This document shows positions 30,512-40,574 of a stretch of DNA of 64,000 bases, one piece after another. Position numbers and translations under genes: made by a program. The DNA lies in contig JBGAJQ010000007.1 in assembly GCA_044224875.1 (NCBI GenBank), forward strand, positions 32,001-96,000, given 5' to 3'. The notes beneath the pieces are model-generated. The model was not told where the DNA came from. It worked only from the letters and a program-made list of their open reading frames with translations, and ran no database searches. Each line of letters opens with the position of its first letter. The first letter of the stretch is position 1. The stretch comes from Gemmatimonadaceae bacterium. GTDB lineage: Bacteria > Gemmatimonadota > Gemmatimonadetes > Gemmatimonadales > Gemmatimonadaceae.

Positions 30512-31424
30512 GTGCCCGAACTCGATCCAAGAATCACGGAGCATCGCAACCCGCGGACGGCCGACATCGATCTCGCGTCCCCACTCGAGATCGTCGAGTT
30601 GATGAATGCCGAGGATCGAACGGTGGCGGACGCGGTGTTCGCTCAACGACACGAAATCGCCCAGGCGATCGGCTTGGTGGAGACCGCCTTCAGGCAGAGC
30701 GGCCGACTGTTCTATGTTGGGGCCGGCACCTCCGGTCGCTTGGGGATCCTCGACGCGAGCGAGTGCCCTGCCCACCTTTGGCGCCGATCCATCGCTCGTT
30801 CAAGGCATCATAGCCGGCGGTATGTCCGCCGTCTTTCAGTCGCGGGAAGGGGCGGAGGATCGCCCGGAGGGCGGCAGGGAAGCGATAGACGAGGTGAATG
30901 CGAATAGCCCCGACGTGGTCGTCGGCATCGCCGCCTCAGGGACGACACCCTTCGTGCATGGCGCGGTCGCGCGCGCCCGGGAGCGCGGCGCCCGCACGGT
31001 GATGATTGCCTGTACGCCGATTGCCGACACGCTCCGCGCCAACTGCGACGTGACCATCATTGCAGTGGTGGGTCCAGAAGTCGTCACCGGTTCCACGCGG
31101 CTCAAGGCCGGCACGGCCACGAAGATGATCCTGAACATGCTCACCACGGGGGCGATGATTCGGATCGGCAAGACCTACGGCAACCTGATGGTGGACCTGC
31201 GCGCCACAAATGTGAAGCTGACGGACCGAAGCGAGCGGATCACCATGCTCGTCTGCGGTGTGGATCGTGACGCGGCGCGGGCACTGCTTCATGGATCGGG
31301 AGGCGCCGTGAAAACGGCCATCGTTATGCACCGTTTGGGTGTGGATGCCGCCCGGGCCGAAGACGCATTGGCGCGGGCCGGTGGCGTGATTCGGCGTGTG
31401 GTCGGCGGTGGGCCGCCACCATGA
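30512..31424 (+). pseudogene. murQ: N-acetylmuramic acid 6-phosphate etherase with a +1 frameshift near 30768 (probably a sequencing error)
   Basis: [25 protein letters not shown] continues in a second frame as PTFG..GPEVVTGSTRLKAGTA..GNLMVD. Confidence 0.9.
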
Positions 31425-32557
31425 CCCATCGTTCACGCACCCTGGTAGGCGTAATGTCCGGCACGTCGCTCGATGGGATCTCGGCGGCTGTCGTCAGGTT
31501 CACCGATGACACGTCCGGAACGACGCGTGCCGAGCTTCTGGGGTTCCGCGCCATCCCATACGACGATGCCAAACGCGCACGGATTGCGCGAGCCATCGAC
31601 GGAGTATCGCCCGAGGAGTACTGCCGGCTGAACTTCGACCTCGGCCACTGGCTGGCCGACGCGGCCCAGGCCGCGATTGTCGAAGCGGGCGTACCGAGAT
31701 CAGAGATCGCGGCCATAGCATCGCACGGACAGACGTTGTGGCACGTCCCGCTGCACTCCACCTGGCAGACGGGAGAGGCCGCCGTGATTGCCGAACGGAC
31801 TGGCCTTGCCGTGATTGCCGATTTTCGCGTGCGCGATGCTGCAGCTGGTGGCCAAGGGGCTCCGCTCGTTCCTATTGCTGACGCCCTGTTGTTTGCGCAT
31901 CCGCACGAATGGCGCGCCCTCCAGAACCTGGGAGGCATCGGGAACGTGACGGTGGTCCCACCAGGAGGCGATCCATCGACGACCCGAGCGTTCGACACGG
32001 GGCCCGGCGTGGTGGTCCTGGATGGTGTCGCGCAGCGTGTGGCGCGGCGTCCCTACGACCGCGACGGCCAACTGGCGCGCGAAGGCACGCTCGATGAGAA
32101 TGTCGTCTCGTGGGCGATGGCGCATCCATACTTCCGTAGCTGGCCACCAAAGTCGACAGGACGGGAGCTCTTCACTCCCGCATATGTGGATGCTTTTATC
32201 GCCGAGTGTCGGACCCGGCGGCCCACGGCAAGCCCCGCGGATATCATGGCGACTGCCGTCGGCTTCACCGCGGAAAGCATCGCCGACGCGTTTCGCCGAT
32301 TCATAGCCGAGCCGGTCTCCGAGGTGCTCGTGTCCGGAGGCGGGGCAGAGAATCCCGCCCTTGTCGCCGCGATCGCCGCGCGGTTATCGCCACGCCCGGT
32401 GAGGCGTTTCTCCGACGTGTTCTTCGACGGTGAAGCGAAAGAGGCCGTCGCCTTTGCGCTGCTGGGCCACCTGTTTCTGGACCATCGGGCGGGCAACGTT
32501 CCAAGCGTGACGGGCGCGCGCGGTCCGCGAGTGTTAGGCAAGTTGACGCCGGCGTGA
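31421..32557 (+). CDS. anmK: Anhydro-N-acetylmuramic acid kinase
   Basis: GVMSGTSLDG, HGQT, GGQGAPL, FDTGPG, PPKSTGRE. Confidence 0.96.
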   Translation: MTHRSRTLVGVMSGTSLDGISAAVVRFTDDTSGTTRAELLGFRAIPYDDAKRARIARAIDGVSPEEYCRLNFDLGHWLADAAQAAIVEAGVPRSEIAAIASHGQTLWHVPLHSTWQTGEAAVIAERTGLAVIADFRVRDAAAGGQGAPLVPIADALLFAHPHEWRALQNLGGIGNVTVVPPGGDPSTTRAFDTGPGVVVLDGVAQRVARRPYDRDGQLAREGTLDENVVSWAMAHPYFRSWPPKSTGRELFTPAYVDAFIAECRTRRPTASPADIMATAVGFTAESIADAFRRFIAEPVSEVLVSGGGAENPALVAAIAARLSPRPVRRFSDVFFDGEAKEAVAFALLGHLFLDHRAGNVPSVTGARGPRVLGKLTPA

Positions 32558-34083
32558 GTGACCTGGCGCAGCTACTCATCCCGGCCATCCGCTGGGATCC
32601 CGTCGACGGCTTCACCGGCGTGCAGGAACGAGTCGATCGTGCGCTGGGCCTGGGGGTTGGCGGGTTCATCCTGTTCGGGGGGACAACGGATGCCGTTCGG
32701 GCTTTGACCCGACACCTGGTCGCCAGCGGCAACACGCCGCCCCTGGTCATGTCCGACCTGGAACGGGGAACGGGTCAGCAGTTCGTCGGAGCCACCGGTC
32801 TTCCCCCGTTAGGGGCCGTGGGGTCAGTGGAGGACGAAGCCTTGACTCGCGCCGCGGCGCGCTTGACGGCACGCGAAGCGGCTGACGTCGGTGTTCGCAC
32901 CGTACTGGCACCCGTGGCCGACGTCGACCTCAATCCCGACAACCCGATAGTCGGCACTCGGGCCTTCGGCACGGACGTCTCGAAGGTTGCCCGCCAGGTG
33001 CATCAGTGGATCGACGCCTGTCAGCAGGAGGGTGTCATGGCGTGTGCCAAGCATTTCCCGGGACACGGTCGCACGACGCGGGACTCGCACGCGGAACTCC
33101 CAGTCGTGACGGCGTCCGAATCGGAGCTGTTCGATACGGACCTCCTCCCATTCCGCGCCGCCTGCGACGCGAATGTCGCCGCCATCATGACCGCCCATGT
33201 CGCCTATCCCGCACTTGACTACACGGGAGCGCCGGCCACCCTCTCGCGACGGATCATGCGCGAGCTGCTCCGCGACCGCCTCGGGTTCAACGGGCTCGTG
33301 ATGACCGACGCCATGATCATGAGCGGCGTGCTTGGTGACGGTGACGAAGGCAAGGCGGGTGTGCGTGCGCTCGACGCCGGATGCGACCTGCTGCTGTATC
33401 CACAGGACCTGGACCTCGTGATCGACGCGCTCGAGAACGGGATTCGCTCGCGCACGTTGTCGGTGCGCGAGATCGAGCGCTCACTTGAACGCCGGTTTAC
33501 GTGGGCCGAGTGGTGTGCGGGAAGGCCCGCGCCGACCGCCGTGACGCACAATGAACGCGAGGCGGCCCGAGTACTCTGCTCGCGCGCCATCCGTGTGATG
33601 CGTGGAGACGTCCCGGACTTTGGGCGCGCCATCGACCTCGTGATCGTGGATGATGACGTCGGCGGCCCGTATCCTGCGCCCAGTCGCCAGCCCTTGCTCG
33701 ACGCCATGCGACATCGCGGCCTGGACGTTCGCGTCGTCCATGAAGCTGCGCCGCGAGCCTCCGCGCCGTCGACCGCATCGGGCAACCCGTTGCCAGCACT
33801 CCCCTCGCTTCAAGGGCGACTCCGGCCGTCGGCCACATTGCTGGTGCTCGCCTTCAACGATATTCGGGCCTGGAAGGGCATGCCGGGTTTTTCCACGAAC
33901 GCTCGCGCCTTGTTCGAGCATGTCGTCGCCGAAGGCCGAGCGGTCGGGCGCGAGGCCGTGGTGATCACATTCTGCCATCCGCGCCTCGCGGACTCCATCG
34001 ATGCTCTCTGTGTCGTCAACGCATGGGGCGGTGAAAAGCCCATGCAGCTGGCGGTGGCCGAGTGGATGCGCGTGCCGGTGTAG
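32554..34083 (+). CDS. nagZ: GH3 beta-N-acetylhexosaminidase
   Basis: KHFPGHG..DSH, IMTAH, PATLS, MTDAM. Coupled to anmK. Confidence 0.88.
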   Translation: MSDLAQLLIPAIRWDPVDGFTGVQERVDRALGLGVGGFILFGGTTDAVRALTRHLVASGNTPPLVMSDLERGTGQQFVGATGLPPLGAVGSVEDEALTRAAARLTAREAADVGVRTVLAPVADVDLNPDNPIVGTRAFGTDVSKVARQVHQWIDACQQEGVMACAKHFPGHGRTTRDSHAELPVVTASESELFDTDLLPFRAACDANVAAIMTAHVAYPALDYTGAPATLSRRIMRELLRDRLGFNGLVMTDAMIMSGVLGDGDEGKAGVRALDAGCDLLLYPQDLDLVIDALENGIRSRTLSVREIERSLERRFTWAEWCAGRPAPTAVTHNEREAARVLCSRAIRVMRGDVPDFGRAIDLVIVDDDVGGPYPAPSRQPLLDAMRHRGLDVRVVHEAAPRASAPSTASGNPLPALPSLQGRLRPSATLLVLAFNDIRAWKGMPGFSTNARALFEHVVAEGRAVGREAVVITFCHPRLADSIDALCVVNAWGGEKPMQLAVAEWMRVPV

Positions 34084-34134
34084 CTGGCATCCGTTCGCGC
34101 CGTGCCGCCGGAGCGGCACGGCAGCGGGATGCCC

Positions 34135-34599
34135 TCAGTATTCCAAGGTGGCGCGAGGGAATACCAGCGTCCGGCTGGCGAGCTTTCCGTCCGCGACTGC
34201 CTTGGCGAGATCGAGCGATGACACCACGCCCAAGAGCCGATCATGCTCCATAACGAGCACACGATGCACGGCCGCTTCCTTCATCATGAACGCCGCTTCC
34301 TGGGCCGTTGCGTCTGGCGACAACCATCGCAGGGGAGGACGGGTCATCGCTTCTTCGATCGTGTGGTCCTCGAGCGGATTGGCGACGAGTCCTTCGTCAG
34401 CCTCGGTCGGCTCCGCCGCGAGCGACGCCATGAAGTCCAGAATGTCATTGGCCGTGATGATTCCCACCACGCGACCGTCGCGCAGGACTGGGGCGCCGGA
34501 GATGTGCCGCGTCGCGAAGACTTCCGCCGCTTCACGGATGCTCAGATCGGGGTCCACCGTGAGCACCTCGGTGGTCATGATCTCGCGCAGTTTCGTCAT
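34135..34599 (-). CDS. CBS-domain protein
   Basis: EIMT..ISGAPV..VGIIT and AMT..HRVLV..LGVVS tandem CBS pattern. Confidence 0.88.
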   Translation of the reverse strand: MTKLREIMTTEVLTVDPDLSIREAAEVFATRHISGAPVLRDGRVVGIITANDILDFMASLAAEPTEADEGLVANPLEDHTIEEAMTRPPLRWLSPDATAQEAAFMMKEAAVHRVLVMEHDRLLGVVSSLDLAKAVADGKLASRTLVFPRATLEY

Positions 34600-34950
34600 C
34601 GTTTCCTCCGGTAAACTCTGCCGTATGGTGCGCGCGTAACACCTGCCACGTCTGTAGGCAGATACCGGAATACTCCTCAGGGAGTACGAGGTGGAACCGG
34701 CGTGCGGCGGCAGTTCCGCCAGTGGGACGGCGTGCGGTGCCGCGTCCCCTTTTTCCTGCGCGTTCATGGGGAATGCCCTGCGTCAGCTGTCTTCTTAGAG
34801 GCAGGATTCGACGAAGTGGCACGCCGGCGACGACGTGAACGCGTCCGGCCTGGAGGACCACACATTCGGCCAAACGAAACGCGAGCGACAAGTCCCGCCG
34901 CGCGCAGCGTGCGGTGAATCACGGTTTGGCTCGCACTTGGGAGACTTCCC

Positions 34951-37900
34951 ATGCTTGAACGTCAAGGACGTACTACGGTGTTGTGGCGGCTGGCGGCGCT
35001 GGCCGCGCTCCTCACGAGCGCATCGGGGCTGCGCGCGCAGTACTTCGGCCGTAACAAGGTCGTGTACCGCGACTTCGACTTTCGGGTGCTTCGCACACCG
35101 CACTACGACGTGCACTACTACGCGGAGGAGCTGACGGCAACGCGCGACGCGGCGCGTATGGCCGAGCGCTGGTATGCCCGCCACTCGGCGACCTTTGGCG
35201 ATTCCGTGGCGCGACGTTCGCTGGTGCTGTACTCGAGCCCGTCGGACTTTCAACAGACGAACGTCATTCCCGACCAGCTGACGGAAGGCACTGGAGGCGT
35301 GACCGAGGGCTATCGCAGTCGCGTGATCCTGCCTCACACCGGGTGGTACCAGGAAACCGACCATGTGCTGGGGCATGAGCTGGTGCACGTCTTTCAGTAC
35401 GCGGCGGCGATGGGGAAGGGTGAGGGCGGGGTCCAGAGTACGGCACGCTTGCCATTGTGGCTCGTGGAGGGCATGGCGGAGTACATCTCGTTAGGCCGGT
35501 CAGATCCGCAGACCGCCATGTGGATGCGCGCCGCGGTGCTGCGCGACAAGGTGCCACGGTACCGAGAGCTGACAGACCCGCGCATCTTCCCCTACCGCTA
35601 CGGACAGGCGCTCTGCGCGTACATCGGCGGGCGATGGGGCGACGGTCGCCTGATTGCGCTGTACAAAACGGCCCTGCGACAGCCATTGGAACGCGCCATC
35701 CAGACGACGCTCGGCGTGGCGCCCGATCAACTCGTCGCCGACTGGACGCGGGATATGCGCGCGTTGTACCAGCCGGCCATGGCCGGGCGAGCCGATCCCG
35801 CGAAGGTGGGGCGTCCCGTGCTCTCCGACGAGCGGCGCGAGGCAGGGCTCGACGTGGCGCCCGTCGTCAGCCCCGACGGCCAGTATGTCGCCTTCTTCTC
35901 CAGTCGCTCCCTGTTCTCGATCGACCTGTTCATCGCGGACGTGACTACCGGTCGGATCGTGAAGCGACTCACCGGCCCCACGGGGAGTTCGCACTTCGAC
36001 GCCATCAGCTTCATTTACACCGCTGGCACCTGGTCACCGGACGGTCGCCAGTTTGCGTTCGTCACCTACAACAACGGGCGCAACGAACTCGCCGTGGTCG
36101 ACGTGTCGAGTGGCGACATCACGCGTCGCCTGGCCGTGCGCGGAGTGAGTGGCATTTCCAGTCCCACCTGGTCGCCCGATGGCACGCGCATCGTGTTTTC
36201 AGGGCAGTCCGGAGGGATCAGTGACCTGTACCTCTACACGATCGCCTCCGGTGCCGTCGCCCGGCTGACGTCGGATGCCTTCGCCGACCTTCAACCGGCG
36301 TGGTCGCCCGATGGGACATCGATCGCGTTCATCACCGAAGGGCAAGAGGGGACCGACCTGGCGCGACTCACCTACGCGCCATTAGCGCTGGCAGTGATGA
36401 ACCTGACGACCAGGGCCGTCACCCCGGTGCCTACGTTCGCCGAAGCGAACGTCTTGAATCCCCAGTGGTCGCCGGACTCGCGTTCTCTGTACTTTCTCAG
36501 CGCGCCCGACGGCTTTCAGGACATCTACCGCGTTGAGTTGGCGAGCGGGTCGCGCTACCGAGTGACTCGCACGGCCACCGGCGTGAGCGGGATCGCGGCC
36601 TACTCGCCAGCGATCTCCGTAGCCAGCCGAACCGGGGCCCTGTTCTTCTCCGTGTTCGACCGGACCGGATATCGCATGACGATGCTGGACTCCTCTGCGG
36701 CGCGCGGAGAGGCGATTCCCATGCGCGACGACTGGCGCACGACGGCCGGGCTGCTGGCGCCCGCAGAGGCGCGTGAGAACAGCGACGTGGAGCACCGGGT
36801 GCATGACGCGACTACGGGGCTGGTCGACGGAAGGTCCTTCGAGGACCGGCCATACGTTTCTCGGCTGACGCTCGACGCGATATCGCCGGTGTCGGTGGGC
36901 GTGGCGACAGGCAGTTTCGGGACTGGCCTGGCCGGTGGCGTGTCGGCGCTGTGGAGCGACGAGCTCGGCAACCGTAACGTCGGGCTCGCCGTCCAGGCGT
37001 TAGGCGAGTTGCGTGATGTGGGGGGACAGGTGTTTTACGCGGACCTGAAGCGGCGATGGCAGCCGGTGTACAGCATCGGCCACATCCCGTATCTCACCGG
37101 CTTCTCAACCGTCGCGCCGGAGACGGTCACGCTGCCGGGCGGCCAGACTGGCACGGCCACGGTGGTGACGCAGTACCTGCAGCGCATCTATTTCGACCAG
37201 CTACGAGCCGGGGTAACGTATCCGTTCTCGTCGACGCGGCGACTGGAATTCTCTGCTGGCGCGGCTCACGTCGGCTTCAACACGCAGGTACAACGACTTG
37301 CCGTCATCGGCAATACCGTGTACGACCTTGGACGACGCGATACCACGTCGCAGTCGGGGCTCAACTTCGCCCAGGGATCGGCGGCGCTGGTGTTCGACAA
37401 TTCCGTCTTCGGTTTCACGTCCCCGATCGCCGGGGGGCGCTACCGATTCGAGTTTTCGCCCAGCGTGGGCGATCTCACCTACAGTTTCGTCAACGCCGAT
37501 TACCGGCGGTACCTCTTCGCCAAGCCATTCACCCTGGCCTTGCGCACGATGGCCTATGGGCGTTTTGGCAAGGACGCCGAGTCGGATCGGATGTCGCCAC
37601 TCTACGTGGGGGATGGTTCGTTGGTTCGCGGCTATTCGGTGTACTCGTTTGACCCGACGGAATGCACCTCCGGCGTGTCGGGCGGTTCGAGCTGTCCCGA
37701 ATTCGACCGTCTGGTGGGGAGCCGGGTGGGCGTCGCGAACCTGGAGTTCCGGATCCCGCTCTTTGGCACCCGAGACCTGGGGTTGCTGCCGACGAACGTG
37801 CTGCCGGTTGAAGTCTCGCCCTTCGTCGATGCCGGCGTCGCGTGGACGTCGGACAGCCGGCCGAAGCTGGTCTTCGAGCGCGAGACCGCCGATCGCGTGC

Positions 37901-38034
37901 CGATCGTGTCGGCGGGCATATCGTCCAGGTTCAACCTGTTCGGTGCCCTGGTGCTCGAGGTCTTCTACGCCAAGCCCTTCCAGCGTCCAACCAAGGGATG
38001 GGTCTGGGGGTTGCAGCTGGTCCCCGGATGGTAG
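34951..38034 (+). CDS. Peptidase MA-like / PD40 beta-propeller / Omp85-type barrel fusion protein
   Basis: Signal peptide then QYFGRNKV, HELVH and PLWLVEGMAEY, repeated WSPDG, C-terminal VRGY..NLEFRIP..FVDAG..W. Confidence 0.85.
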   Translation: MLERQGRTTVLWRLAALAALLTSASGLRAQYFGRNKVVYRDFDFRVLRTPHYDVHYYAEELTATRDAARMAERWYARHSATFGDSVARRSLVLYSSPSDFQQTNVIPDQLTEGTGGVTEGYRSRVILPHTGWYQETDHVLGHELVHVFQYAAAMGKGEGGVQSTARLPLWLVEGMAEYISLGRSDPQTAMWMRAAVLRDKVPRYRELTDPRIFPYRYGQALCAYIGGRWGDGRLIALYKTALRQPLERAIQTTLGVAPDQLVADWTRDMRALYQPAMAGRADPAKVGRPVLSDERREAGLDVAPVVSPDGQYVAFFSSRSLFSIDLFIADVTTGRIVKRLTGPTGSSHFDAISFIYTAGTWSPDGRQFAFVTYNNGRNELAVVDVSSGDITRRLAVRGVSGISSPTWSPDGTRIVFSGQSGGISDLYLYTIASGAVARLTSDAFADLQPAWSPDGTSIAFITEGQEGTDLARLTYAPLALAVMNLTTRAVTPVPTFAEANVLNPQWSPDSRSLYFLSAPDGFQDIYRVELASGSRYRVTRTATGVSGIAAYSPAISVASRTGALFFSVFDRTGYRMTMLDSSAARGEAIPMRDDWRTTAGLLAPAEARENSDVEHRVHDATTGLVDGRSFEDRPYVSRLTLDAISPVSVGVATGSFGTGLAGGVSALWSDELGNRNVGLAVQALGELRDVGGQVFYADLKRRWQPVYSIGHIPYLTGFSTVAPETVTLPGGQTGTATVVTQYLQRIYFDQLRAGVTYPFSSTRRLEFSAGAAHVGFNTQVQRLAVIGNTVYDLGRRDTTSQSGLNFAQGSAALVFDNSVFGFTSPIAGGRYRFEFSPSVGDLTYSFVNADYRRYLFAKPFTLALRTMAYGRFGKDAESDRMSPLYVGDGSLVRGYSVYSFDPTECTSGVSGGSSCPEFDRLVGSRVGVANLEFRIPLFGTRDLGLLPTNVLPVEVSPFVDAGVAWTSDSRPKLVFERETADRVPIVSAGISSRFNLFGALVLEVFYAKPFQRPTKGWVWGLQLVPGW

Positions 38035-38169
38035 TCACGCGCGGATCGTGAGGCGGAAAGTCACCGCGAGGCATCGAGCGGCGTCCCGGTACGGTTCAAT
38101 GCAAGGTTGGAACGGAACGGCGTCCATGGCGGCGCGTGCCTTTGCGCCGAGGACGAGGTTTCCGCGTGC

Positions 38170-39261
38170 CTAACCTTTGCCCAGCCACCACCAGGCCACG
38201 GCCAGCAGCGCCACGACGCCGATGCCAGCCACAATGCGGACGTAGCGTTCGCCCTGGCGACGCCGCGCCTCGTCAACGACCGGCAGCGCGCCGGGGGGCG
38301 TCGCCGCCTGCCGCATGGCCAAGTGCTCGTGCAGGCTGACATGGCCTTCCAACGTGAAGGCCCGGTGCCCGACTTCATCCACGGCGGTCGGCGGCTGCAA
38401 CCCTTCGCCGTCGAAGCGAGCTGCCACCACGGTGATATTGTCGGGTCCTCCGAGGTCATTGGCGACGCCGATCAAGCGATTGCAGGCGCGCGACAGATCG
38501 GCCTCCTCCAGGACGGCCCGGCCAATCATCTCCGGCTTCACCAACCCCGTGAGCCCGTCGCTACACAGGATCAGCACGTCACCACGGCGCACCTTCTGGA
38601 AGGTGAGGTCCACACGCACCTGCGCTTCGGGTCCCAGGGCCTGCAGGATGATGTTCCGGCGCTCGCTGAACTCGGCCTCGTGCTCACTGATCTCGCCGGC
38701 TTCGAGCAACTTCTGCATCAGGGACTGGTCCTTCGTCAGCTGAAACGCGAGTCCGTCCCGCACGAGATAGGCACGTGAATCGCCGACCTGAACCAGGTAC
38801 AACGTGTCGCCAAGGAGGCCGGCGAGCGTGGCGGTGGTACCCATGCCGCGCAACTCCGGGTGTTCCCCGGCGTACGCGAAGATCGCCGAGTTGGCCACCT
38901 CGGTCGCCTTGGCCAGCGCACGCACAAAGTCCGTGGGATTCTCCACGCTGGCGCCGCTCCAGTGCTCCCTGAGGTAGCGTACCACCACGTCCACCGCCGT
39001 GGCGCTGGCCAGCTCACCGGCGGCCGCGCCCCCCATGCCGTCAGCTACCATGAAGAGCGTGCCTTGCCGATCCGCGGATTGCTTCAACACGGCGTCGAAG
39101 TGAACCGGCTGGGCCTCGCTCAAGTTCACCACCACAAAGGCGTCCTCGTTGTGCTCCCGCGACCGACCCACGTCGCTCTGGGCAAACGTCTCTACGACGA
39201 TGCGCGGTGGCACCCCGTTTCCCGACCCGTCAGGTCCGCCGGTTCGTGGCTTGCTCTTCAT
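38170..39261 (-). CDS. PP2C-family Ser/Thr phosphatase with C-terminal TM
   Basis: REHNEDA, VADGMGG, GMGTT, VGDSRAY, LCSDGL, GGPDNIT. Confidence 0.94.
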   Translation of the reverse strand: MKSKPRTGGPDGSGNGVPPRIVVETFAQSDVGRSREHNEDAFVVVNLSEAQPVHFDAVLKQSADRQGTLFMVADGMGGAAAGELASATAVDVVVRYLREHWSGASVENPTDFVRALAKATEVANSAIFAYAGEHPELRGMGTTATLAGLLGDTLYLVQVGDSRAYLVRDGLAFQLTKDQSLMQKLLEAGEISEHEAEFSERRNIILQALGPEAQVRVDLTFQKVRRGDVLILCSDGLTGLVKPEMIGRAVLEEADLSRACNRLIGVANDLGGPDNITVVAARFDGEGLQPPTAVDEVGHRAFTLEGHVSLHEHLAMRQAATPPGALPVVDEARRRQGERYVRIVAGIGVVALLAVAWWWLGKG

Positions 39262-39312
39262 GGGACCACGATGAACGGGGTCGGCCGGGAGTGCATCGGC
39301 ATCGCGTGCGGC

Positions 39313-40389
39313 CTACTGCAGGTCGACGCGGAGTAGCTGACGGCCCAGCAGCAGGCGATCGCCATCGTGCAGGTCCCGTTCGGCACGCAACACGATCCCG
39401 ACTCCGTTGCGGCTGCCGAGGTCCCTGACGGTGACGCGGCCATCCTCGGCATGCGAGCGGATCTCGGCGTGACGCGCGCTCATCGTCGGGTCGTAGGGAA
39501 ACACCCAATTGCCATGTTCCCGGCCCACCAAAACCGCCTTGCCCCGCGAAAGGTGGCACACGTCCCGCACGCGTCCGTCAGACATGACCTGCTCCAACAC
39601 GCCAACATCCTCCTGCGGAACCCGCGATCCGGTCTGCGTTAACCGGGCGGGCACTGCGCTGGCCGCCGGCACACGACGATACCGGACCACCTGCGAGCCA
39701 AGGAGAATCAGGTCACCGTCCTCCAAGACCTGAGGCTCTCGAAGGAAGTACCACGTGGCACCTCCCTGAGACTCCGCGACATCGCGTATGCGTACCCGGT
39801 CGTCGCTGCGTGAGATCACGGCATGTTCGGCCGCCAAGCTGGAATCGTCGGTGAATTGCACGTCCGCGTGGGAGCGCCCGATTACCATGCGTTCGCCCAC
39901 TAACGGGATTTCACGGGCAACGTCTCCGGCTTCGTCGAGTACGACCAACCGCGGGACTCCGGGGAGCTCCGACACGGCTTTGGCGCGAGGTTGCGTGCGC
40001 GATTGGGTTCGCGGTTCGTCCAGTCCGCCGACGAGCGGAGCGCCACAGCTGCCACAAAAGCGAGACCCGACGGTCTTCACCGGCGCACCACAAGAACCGC
40101 AGGAGTGCTCCGTTGTCACCGGCGTCCCAGTCCGCAGGCCGCAGTGCGGGCAAAACAAGGCTGTGCGGTCTACCGCACGCTGACAATGAGGACACGGCGT
40201 GGTCCGCGTGGCTCGGCCGAACGGCGGCGTGGGAACGCGCAAACGCGGGTGCGTGAGTCCGGGGTCCGCACCGCGAGCGAGTGCTGGACCGGACTTTCCC
40301 GTCTGGCTTGGATCGAGCCGCCACCCGCAATGCACGCAGTAGGCCGACCCGGCCTCAAAAGACAGCGAGCAGTTGGGACAGGAGGACAC
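39313..40389 (-). CDS. Zinc-ribbon plus tandem FHA-domain protein
   Basis: Six CxxC motifs in the N-terminal third. FHA-like IGRS..EHA and VGRE..MSARHA..DLGSRNG. Confidence 0.85.
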   Translation of the reverse strand: MSSCPNCSLSFEAGSAYCVHCGWRLDPSQTGKSGPALARGADPGLTHPRLRVPTPPFGRATRTTPCPHCQRAVDRTALFCPHCGLRTGTPVTTEHSCGSCGAPVKTVGSRFCGSCGAPLVGGLDEPRTQSRTQPRAKAVSELPGVPRLVVLDEAGDVAREIPLVGERMVIGRSHADVQFTDDSSLAAEHAVISRSDDRVRIRDVAESQGGATWYFLREPQVLEDGDLILLGSQVVRYRRVPAASAVPARLTQTGSRVPQEDVGVLEQVMSDGRVRDVCHLSRGKAVLVGREHGNWVFPYDPTMSARHAEIRSHAEDGRVTVRDLGSRNGVGIVLRAERDLHDGDRLLLGRQLLRVDLQ

Positions 40390-40574
40390 GTGGTGGCTCT
40401 GGGAGACGACGGATGAAGGCAGCGGGCCGGAAGGGTCAACCGGTGAAAGTATCCAGCCGGCGGTGGGGCAAGTGGTTCAAATGCGGGGTTATCGCGAAAT
40501 TGCCACGAATCTCCGTACGGGGCAACCGGACCCGAGGATTCGCTACGTCGAGGGCGTGCCGTTAGCATTTTGAA

